Positions 52,701-61,836 of a stretch of DNA of 64,000 nt are shown one piece after another. The notes beneath the pieces were generated by a model. The model had not been told where the DNA came from. It did no database searches and saw nothing but the letters and a program-made list of their open reading frames with translations. This DNA is from Haliotis rufescens (lineage: Eukaryota), in contig NW_025964001.1 of NCBI RefSeq assembly GCF_023055435.1, forward strand, positions 32,984,001 to 33,048,000. Reading direction: 5' to 3'. Position numbers and translations under genes: made by a program. Position 1 is the stretch's first letter; every line of letters starts with the position of its first letter.

Positions 52701-55700
52701 ATGTTTATGCTTAGTGCATTGTGTTGTACTTGTCGTGGGCTGCATGAAGGAAATTTCAGTCTATTCAGATATGTCAACGTTTGAAATGCATCTTCAAAGC
52801 AGTTTCATCTGCTTTTTAGCATTTTATATAATTTACTTAATACATGTTTTCTGCGCTCTCCATGCGCGTGACAGTTACGATCTTGGGGTGACATCAGCGT
52901 TTTAGTTTAGTTTATTCTGAAGTATTAAAGTTTACATTTGTTGACTTCGCATTGGTCATGCGTGTCCTGGGTAAATCATTTCAGACTGTAGGAAACGCCG
53001 ATTGTGTCACAGAGTGATGTGAGATAACATAGGTCATACTTACTGTGGGAATAATATGCAAATCTTCGCTTATAATCTATACAAGCGTAGTAATAGTCTA
53101 GTTCTATTGAAACTGTATTATTCATTTTCACTCCATAAGCACATCGGCCATCCTTCGAGGGTTTAAATCCAACGTTTCCTACAAAGAGGTGAAAATGACG
53201 TAAAGTCACACAAACATACACAAGTTATTTATGACACAGCATAATTTACATACAATTATCAGGTACATTACCTATACTTGTAAAACCTTGAATGAAATGA
53301 ATTGTTCGGTTTATGACAATTATAATATGACTATTATGTTCACAACGTAGAGCAGCCGAAAGTAAGGCTTCAGGATAACAGCGTGATCTTGATGATTAGC
53401 TTGTCACAATATCAACGTGAACTTCGAAGATAACACAAGATGATATGTTGCCAATGAGTACAAGCTTTTAACAAGCTTATCCGATATTTTATATAGTATA
53501 AGTGTAGGGACGCACATACCAGTACCACGTGTATAGACTGACATCCCAGCGTCGTCGCCACATATTTCATCTGGGTTGCCCGGACACTGCATCCATCTTG
53601 CACTCGTCTTTGTGACGTTGTACGAATTTCCGAGACAATAACACTTTTCCCCCTACAAAAAAACAAAACAACAAACACATAATGACTTTGTGTACTCCTG
53701 TCATAGTCAACCAGGGCACGGCATCCCACCTGCTGCACTGGTATTTGTGAGGTGAGGTGGAATGGGGTTTAACGTCGCGTCCAAGATTATTGCACTTATA
53801 TAGCGACGTGCATGCACGTGTATCTATATGTGAGGCTGCTTGTACTAGTCCGGACTAATGCCGATTTATAGTGCTAGCTCACTGAGATACCATGCCGCAA
53901 CATGAATACCCCACTCAGACACAGTATACTGACTCCGAGCCGACCAGTCCTTGTTTTAGCCCCTTAATGCCGAGCGCCAGACAGGGTAACAACAAGTACC
54001 ATCTTTTAACGTCTTTTGGTATGACGCGGCCGGGGATCGAACCCCGGACCTTCCGCTCTCCGGGCGGACGCTCTACCACTAGACCACGAAGGCGGTCCAC
54101 TGGTATTAGTATATGCTTACTTTTTCCAAGACAATAACACTCCTCCCCTTCCCACAACAAACCACAAAATATGTTGTATACTCCTGTCATAAAAAGAGTA
54201 TTTTCCTAACATGACTAATGATATGAACTAAAGCGGTTCTTACATTATCATGGTGTGCTTGTACAACATCAGTCACATTCAGAAATAGAATCCCTACCTC
54301 CCTCATGCTTTCTGTATGTGTTGTTTGGGGTTTTCAAAACAGAAGCCAATGTAAATATGTGATAGAATTCTTTTAACCACCCTTTCAGACACAAAAGGTT
54401 TTACTGTCCTACGTTCAGGCCTATTGTGCGGGTGGTTATAAACTAGTATCCAAAAGAAACGATACCAACTTATTTTCAAAATTGTTTTTTACTAAGTGAA
54501 TTGTCTAGTATGAAAACATGCCAATTCGTATTGCACATCCCAAACACAGCATAGTCGATAAAAAATACCGGGAACACGTGATCACTTCCGGGAAAAAACG
54601 TAAATTTCGTGAAAGTGACATTTCCCTCTCTAGCATGTTATGCACGTGCATAAAAACTGTATAAATCGGCTGATCAGACACGTTGATATCACAGCAACAA
54701 AAAGAACACAAGATATGCCACGTTTGACAGCCATCGAGAGAGAGAGAGCCGTTGGAATGGTCCAACAAGGAGCGTCACACGTCGACGTCGCCAGAAGGTT
54801 GGGCTGCGCACGCATCACTATCACCAGGTTGATGCAGCGGTTACGTTAGACAGGTCAGACGTCAGACAGGCCCAGGAGTGGAAGACCACGAGTAACCACG
54901 CCCCGTGAACATCGTTACATCCGGGTAATACACCTAAGGAACCGCACCGTAACAGCGACGTCCACGGCGGCTAAAGCACTGGGACACAGGATCAGTCGAC
55001 AGACCGTCTACAGGAGACTACGGCAGTATGGTATCCGGCCACGTCATCCCTACCGCGGACCGCTCCTGACGCCTCGACACCGGAACAACAGACTGACTGG
55101 GCCAGGCGAGTTCGACGTTGGCAACGGCGGGACTGGGCACGTGTTATGTTCTCTGATGAGAGCAGATTCCTCATCTTCAGAAACGATGGACGGCAGCTTG
55201 TATACCGACGATTTGGTGAACGTTTGGCGCCTAACTGTATCCAACAGGTCCGGCCGTTTGGAGGTGGAGGGTTAATGGTTTGGGGTGGCATATGTGATGA
55301 CGTCAAAACGATGCTCGTCGTAATTCGTGGAAACCTGAATGCACAGCGTTATCTTGATGACATCCTACGGCCTGTTGTGGTGCCCTTTATTCAGCAACAG
55401 CCTCGTGGACTCCTTTTCCAACATGACAATGCAAGGCCACACACAGCAAGATTGACACAGAACTTCCTTGCCAACGCCAACGTACAGGTTTTGCCATGGC
55501 CCGCATGTTCACCGGACATGAATCCCATCGAGCACTTATGGGACCACCTCGATCGGCAAATCCGACGTCGCCGTGTGCCTCCAGTCAACGTCCAGGACTT
55601 GGAACGATGTCTCCTCGAGGAATGGCAACGCATCACTCCCAACGTCATCAGTCCGTAGGCGTGTTCTGGCATGTATTGATGCTCACGGTGGACATACCCG

Positions 55701-58700
55701 CTACTGACTTGACTTTGAGACGTGTGGTGTGACATTTCCCGTTGTTTCTGTGAATAGTGCTCTAACGAAATGTTCATTTTTCGACCCCACCCATCTTTAA
55801 AGGCTTGTCATATTGGTTGTACAGATTTTATTGCAATGAAATTTTTGTACAGATGCTGTGAAAGGATTTCTCAAAAGCATAACACCAATCCTAAACTTCT
55901 GCATTGTTTAGTTTTTCTTTTATGTCGTTGCAAACAGGTGGTATCGTTTCTTTTGGACACTAGTTTACATTGAAGCAGACCCGAAAAAGTGAATTATAAA
56001 GCGACCCTGTTGTATTTCCTGTTGATGGTGTACTGTACACATCATAGTTGGAACGTTCAGAGAAAATAACACATTTCCCCTACAAAAAATAGTACATATA
56101 ACATGTTAGGAAACATAAACCTTTATGGATAACAACTTCTGGTTTTTGTTTGGATTTAGCGACGTTTCGATGTAGATTCTTCCACCGTTATCAAGCTGGA
56201 GTGGAGGAAGGTGTAAGAATCTACATCGAAACGTTACTTACTGGAATAAACAGACGTTGTTATCCATAAAGTTGTATACTTTCTTATTTACTCATCAACT
56301 GTGTGAAGCCAATTTCTGTGATATTGCTTGAATATTGCTAAATGTGACGTAAATCCATACTCACTAACTAACTCTAGAATGCCAATCAAACATATAACAT
56401 GTTGTGTACTTCTGTCATAAGAAAACCTTGATATGAATATGAAGAGGATCTTTTATTATCCTGGTGTGCTTGTACAACATCAATTACATTAACAAATAGC
56501 ATCTCTCGCTCTCGTGTGTCGTTTGTGGATTTTCAAAACAGAAGAAAATGTACCAACGTGATCTATTCTTTATACCACTTTGGGATCAATAGTGTTTGTG
56601 ACAAAAAACCTCTTACGCTCAGGCCCACTGTGCGGTTGGTTTTACAATGAAGTTGACATCCGTAAACAGAGTTACTGGACACATTGTTTGGGCTCGTTGT
56701 GGGTGATGCACTGTACCCATCATAGTTGTAGAGTGGGGTACCATCTTCTGTAATATCATACATTAGAGGCTTCAGTAACAGATAAACTTCAAGTACAATT
56801 AATGCATAGACAACGCCAGGATGATACATATATATAATATCTATTTATCTTTGGGAACTACATGTACATCTACATGTCATATCATGCACAAGAGGCATCC
56901 ATAACAGATTAACTATACATACAGATAAATGCGTACACAACGTCGCTTATATATATCATTAATTTATATATTATCTATTGAGATGTGGGAACTACTTCTA
57001 CAGACTCACCTGTCCATATCCATGTTGAATACCTCATGGCTCCTACCCAGTAGGAAGTGTTGTTGTGTAGAGAGTTTTCCATGACTGGAGGGAGGAATTC
57101 TGTGTCAGAAATATACAGATCTCTCTTCAACGCCATCTTACAGTTTTTCCGAGCATCCCACCAGTTGTTTTCCTCCTCGTTTATAAAGATGTGTTTTGTC
57201 TCCGTGGCTGCAAATGATTTAGTAACATATTTTTAAATTATTTGTACTGTTTGTATATACATATGTGACGTAGTCAAGACATCTGCTTTCAGATATGCAA
57301 GTTTGCTGACGATCACCACTTTAAAGGGTGATACATCAAATCTGTTGAAATAACCAAAGGCAATATTGCGTGAAGAAATCTTTAATGAATCAAAGTCCGT
57401 CGTCATTTGCCACACAATGACAGCAAAAGAGATGTGACCAATTATCAGTCAGGTCACCTGTCAAAATAATAATATCTTACCAAAAACGAAACGTCAAAAA
57501 ATCATGAAAACAAATTCATTGTAAAAAAAAACCCACTAAGTAGCGCATATGAGATCTACGTGGTGCGATCACCGTCATCTAATGCCCCCAATAAGTGCCA
57601 TGATGGTTGCCAAGGGGTTCTTGTTCCACTCTTCATTATTACCATTGCCGAGTTCCTGTAGAGATGCCGGAGGGAAAGGGCGTTGTGAGAGGGCGATCTG
57701 CAGCTCTTTCCATATATGTTCGATAGGGTTGAGGTCTGGTGACCGTTGATGCTCTGAGTAGGCATCAACGATCCTGGCACGATGAGATCGTGCGTTATCG
57801 TCCATAAGGAAAACCTCGGTCCAATAGCAGCAGCATATCGTCTCACGTACACATCTAGAAATAAAGCGACAAAACCCTTTCCATAAAGTCATCCCTGTAA
57901 CGCCCGCCTGTCACCATGCTCCGCTGTTCTTCCAGCCCTACTGATCCCATCCCATGATTTACCCCTCCACACACACACTTCCATAGTGGTTACGTTCGGC
58001 TACGTTGGAATCCTGTTTTTCACAAACTCGGGCAAGGCGATCTGTGAAGTCCAGATAGTATCTCGATTCATCAGTGACAAATACTGGAGCTCAATCCTGG
58101 TCTGTTCAGTTGACGTGATGACCAGCCTATGTTGGGTCAGTGGGATGTGAATGTATGCCCTCAGTGACCGGGCATCAGCCTAAGGGAGACGATTACGCAC
58201 TGTCTTAGTAGAAACGTTAACGTCATTGGCCTTCCTCGGGTAATTTCTGATTGTGGTTGCAGTCACGACGTGATGACGTCTTGCTGCAATCAGGAGAAAC
58301 TTGTCTGCCCGCTGTGTGAAGGAACGCTGTTGAACACCTTCATGTCGCTGGCTAAGCGTATCCAAACGTCTGACACGTCGCTATATAAGTGCAATAATCT
58401 TGTGCTGGAGGTTAAAGCCCATTTCACCTCCATGCCCCGCCGATCACAATGTGGCTGACACCGAAGACATTTGCAACGTAACGTTGTGTTGACCCGGTTT
58501 CAAGCATGCCTATGCATCTACATAATCCTTCGGTCGTCAAACGACGATTTGATGCTAAGAGGGGATCAGTGCATTTCATTGTTGAAATCCACAGTAGCAA
58601 ATGCGGTTGTGCTCTCTGATGATGATGCGCAACGATTCTGTCACGATACATCCAATCACAGGTTTTCAAGCACCTCGTGCACATGCATCGTGCTCATGAC

Positions 58701-61700
58701 TGCATGCCTCTATCCGTTCACTATGAAATTGAGTTCCTGTAGGAACATTGGATATGTCAAACTTTATTGATAATGAATGATATTTTTATTTCATTAAAAT
58801 TTGATCCTTGGCAAATTATAAGAAGTACACATCTATGCGTGCGTGTGTGTATGTGCAGGCGCATGGGTTCAGCTAAGATACAAGTTTTGGCGTTCATAAC
58901 TAAGAAGGCAGATGTAAAACCCAATTGATGATAAGAGGGTTATTTTGATTATTACCTCTGTCAAAATCGTGTCACTATTCGTCGGCCGTAAGAGAGACGT
59001 ACCCCTTTGCCATTACGATAAGTCCACTCGGGTGTAAAATACCATCTTTTACGAACAACATATTCACTTACATTTTCTTTATGAGACCGATGAGCAAATA
59101 GTCCTTTGTATAAAGTAATCGCAAATGATAAAAATAAAGAAGTTTGTATGATTCTGTTTGACTAAACATTTTAAATGAACAAATAAAACACCCAAACTGA
59201 TATTATATTAGTGAAACTAAACCTAATGACAATCGTCAAGCATTCATGGCCGTTTAACGTGCTTTTTTTACGCGAACATTTTAAAGTGATTCACAATTAT
59301 ATACATGGTTATGGTCGGAATCATACAATCGACTCTGCTTTGGGCAGAAAATTCTTTTGTATATGGAAAGGGTTTTGTCGCTATTAGTTTGCCACAGATT
59401 ACAGGCTTGTTGTTAGACATGCCCGAGCCTAATTAATATCCACTTGGATATGCCAATCTCGATCTTTTCACCTGTGCGAAAAAGGAAAACTCATTCCACG
59501 GTCAGGTAAATCATCGTCTAATTGGAGGAGTTAAACTTGAAAAACCATGTTTGATTGTTTGTTCTCATTCTGCCGATGTATAGAACATTGTTTCAAAATT
59601 GTTTGTAAGCATAGTATCATCACTATTTGATTGTGATTCACAAACACATGCCTATGAGATAGTCGGAGTCGTACCATGGATTAATATAAGCGCAGATTAC
59701 TTATTATTATGGGACGCAGATTACTTATTATTATGGGAATGGTTTCATCTCTTTTATAACATAAGGGGATATTGTCACAGAAGAACGTTCATCAAGCCGA
59801 ACATAGGGGGGTGGGGGGTGGGGGGTGGGTGGGGTGTCGACAAGAAGTTTATATGTCATCAAAGGAAACACAAAGATGGGAGAGCATGACATTGGTGTAA
59901 ATGTTCTATTTGAGATGAGGCAAAGTCAGAAAATGTGTAAAACAGCTTGATAACGCTAGGTGTAACGCTTTGTGGTGATTACAGACTGTTGTCATATCTT
60001 ACACATTTACCTCATTTCACAATACCGGACACAAATCAAACAATCATATAAAACAACCATAAGGGGTATTTACGTCCAGGCAGGGTGTAGACATGCTCAT
60101 AAAACTGCCAATCATTGATATCTTTTGATCGGATATACGACGCTATATATTTAACCTGGTGGTTATATACATTTGTTGTAACTATCTATTATTATAAAAA
60201 ACACGTTTAACTGTTTTTACTTTGTACATTATATGTTGCTGTCCATTGAACGTGACCAAAATACGTTTGCACAATACAATACTTTTTACGCATGGATAAA
60301 AATATAACATTCGATCGACTGGTGTTTAATTACTAAATCAGAAAATAACGCATATCTAGAAAAAGTATATCGAATTATGTTAGGAGCCCATTACCTCTAT
60401 GCACAAATATCAAAGTCAGTTGTTTCAGTATTTGTTGTCATATAAAAATGATTTATTTAAAATAAGGATGTATTTGAACAAAGGTGATACCGTGGAACAC
60501 AATACTGTAGCACAAACCCAGTTCCTGGTATTGTTTGATACATTTGGATAACATTTTCTGATACATTAGAAATGAAGCTCAGCTTACATTTCACTTGATG
60601 TCACCTGATTTGACATTATTATACCATTCTGTGTTGACGTCAGTACGTCTATGTTCACTTTATATATGCTAACGTTTTCATATGTCATTTTATTCTCATT
60701 TTCACCGAACTAAAAATATAGCCCTATGTATCAATTCTATAGCGATACATGATTGGGAGTTTTATGAGAACATCAACGTCCTGATTCGATAACTTCCTTA
60801 TGCCAGTTTAATTTTTGTCCGGGATTGAAAAATGAGGTTAATCTGTGACATATAACAATATTCCGTACTTATAGCAAATCAATGCACCAAATAAACGTTG
60901 GTATTACCTTTTCGAAACTTAAACATAATGTCAATATATTAACAGTTTGTGCTACTTCCTTGTGTCGATCGCACAGAATCCCCAAAGTACACTCAAAATC
61001 TTAATAGACATATGCAGAACATACATTTAGCTAGACAGGGTATATCATAAACTGAATAATTGTTATTTACTTAATCACACATTGTTCCTGTACGAGACTT
61101 TACATAAACCTACCCCAATTATATACTGATGAAATACAAAAAATGTGCACATCACAATATATCATTATCAATTTTATCGCTGTAGTATATGTAGTCAGTA
61201 AATAGCTGATGTCGTTATCGTCTGAAAGAATGCAGGACACCGTGTCAATTTACAGATAATTCCTTATTTCCTACCATCCGTGTATTGAAATAAGTGTTAT
61301 CTTACGTGAATGAAGAAAAGAGATACGTTAAAGACACTGAATTTCAACTGACATATCCAAAGACACACTGGGGCGAAACAGTGCGGGATAAATTGAAAGA
61401 ATGTAGTCAACCATACAATGCCCAAAATTTAACATAAAAACACAATGTTCACATATGTGAACTACAATACCATATCGTGACACAAAGATCGTCATAAAAA
61501 TTGAATGTATAAAGAAAATCTTAAAGAATGATGTCATACACCGAGATGCTGTTTCTTGACCAATTTTAACTATTGCAGTCACATATTTCGTTATATACTT
61601 GCGGGAATACTGCATGTAATTCCACGCGATAATAGTATCAAAACTAAAGGCCCAGACATGTCCGAGATATTTCTGGCTTTAAACCATATGTATTAAGTTG

Positions 61701-61836
61701 TGATATAAACCACATTAAACGTAAAGACATTAAAATGACTTAAAAGGACATCATGTGAACACGTTTACTTACATATGTTGACACTAGTTGCATATACACA
61801 GTGCAGGTAGCAGACAAGCAGCCTCGCGGTCCACAT
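49059..61836 (-). CDS. Intact 10-exon type-I membrane receptor (paralogue C), 626 aa: SP - CTL/WSC/CTL ectodomain - stalk - TM - Tyr-rich ITAM tail
   Basis: join(61836-61773, 57207-57010, 56747-56617, 53652-53520, 53178-53044, 52525-52328, 51894-51751, 51358-51275, 50663-50588, 49776-49059) = 1881 nt. All introns GT-AG, phases 1,1,0,1,1,1,1,1,2 compatible, no internal stops. Exon bounds 1-9 are conserved in the paralogues. Confidence 0.8.
50588..50663 (-). CDS. Exon 9: transmembrane helix
   Basis: GVSIGLAAGCVVFFLVVVTLVFLLQR, followed by basic QRK; TCCAG| ... |GTGAGG. Confidence 0.85.
51275..51358 (-). CDS. Exon 8: Ser/Thr/Pro-rich stalk
   Basis: ATSSLSTVSRADPSHPTTDSPSALDIQK; TAG| ... |GTAAGT. 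Confidence 0.75.
51408..51563. other. Assembly gap (156 N) in intron 7 of paralogue C
   Basis: Direct reading. Confidence 1.
51751..51894 (-). CDS. Exon 7: CTL-like domain C-half
   Basis: GQEANGNEDYIFLPFVVSQISTCQALKKDGVWKPYWLPCHFRLASVCE (C..W..C......CE pattern). Confidence 0.85.
52116..52280 (-). mobile_element. SINE family 1, full length
   Basis: 13-bp TSD TTTTTACAATTTA. Confidence 0.9.
52328..52525 (-). CDS. Exon 6: second CTL-like domain N-half
   Basis: NCSGGVC...QTWTHA...YFWIGLVLKVSRKYVDG (WIGL and W/YxDG motifs). Confidence 0.85.
53044..53178 (-). CDS. Exon 5: CTL-like C-half
   Basis: GNVGFKPSKDGRCAYGVKMNNTVSIELDYYYACIDYKRRFAYYSH. Confidence 0.8.
53520..53652 (-). CDS. Exon 4: WSC domain C-half
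   Basis: GEKCYCLGNSYNVTKTSARWMQCPGNPDEICGDDAGMSVYTRG (WSC CxC...CPG...CG....SVY). Confidence 0.9.
53746..54097 (-). mobile_element. tRNA-derived SINE family 4 (Meta-domain-like), full length
   Basis: A-box TGGTCTAGTGG, B-box GGTTCGATCCC, central GTCATACCAAAAGAC...GGCGCTCGGCATTAAGGG, 10-bp TSD CACTGGTATT. Confidence 0.85.
54441..55965 (+). mobile_element. Near full-length Tc1 (DD34E) transposon with an inactivated transposase
   Basis: TA TSDs and ~27-bp TIRs AACTAGTRTCCAAAAGAAACGATACCA. ORF from 54715 (MPRL..HTH) with TAG at 54847 and a frameshift near 55095. FSDESRF, QHDNARPH and SPDMNPIE with 34-residue D-E spacing. Confidence 0.95.
56158..56197 (-). ncRNA. Putative minimal type-I hammerhead ribozyme in an inverted Penelope-like terminal repeat (56121-56271)
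   Basis: AGC-UUGAUAA-C-GGUG..CAUC-GAAA-CG-UC-GCU: U3:A8 core variant, 3-bp stem I, palindromic ACGU stem III. Confidence 0.45.
56617..56747 (-). CDS. Exon 3: WSC domain N-half
   Basis: EDGTPLYNYDGYSASPTTSPNNVSSNSVYGCQLHCKTNRTVGLS. Confidence 0.85.
57010..57207 (-). CDS. Exon 2: first CTL-like domain N-half
   Basis: STETKHIFINEEENNWWDARKNCK...TSYWVGAMRYSTWIWT. Confidence 0.9.
57570..58830 (-). mobile_element. Decayed Tc1-like element (C-specific), with a SINE family 4 tail at ~58372-58432
   Basis: MLETGSTQRYVANVFGVS, TDESRY, FLMDDNARSHR and SPDLNPIEHIW. Confidence 0.8.
61773..61836 (-). CDS. Exon 1: signal peptide
   Basis: MWTARLLVCYLHCVYATSVNI|GTAAGT; 64-nt exon conserved in all three paralogues. 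Confidence 0.8.

Noticed and set aside
55146-55658. Active or domesticated transposase
   Set aside because: The N-terminal half has a stop and a frameshift, and the C-terminus is truncated.
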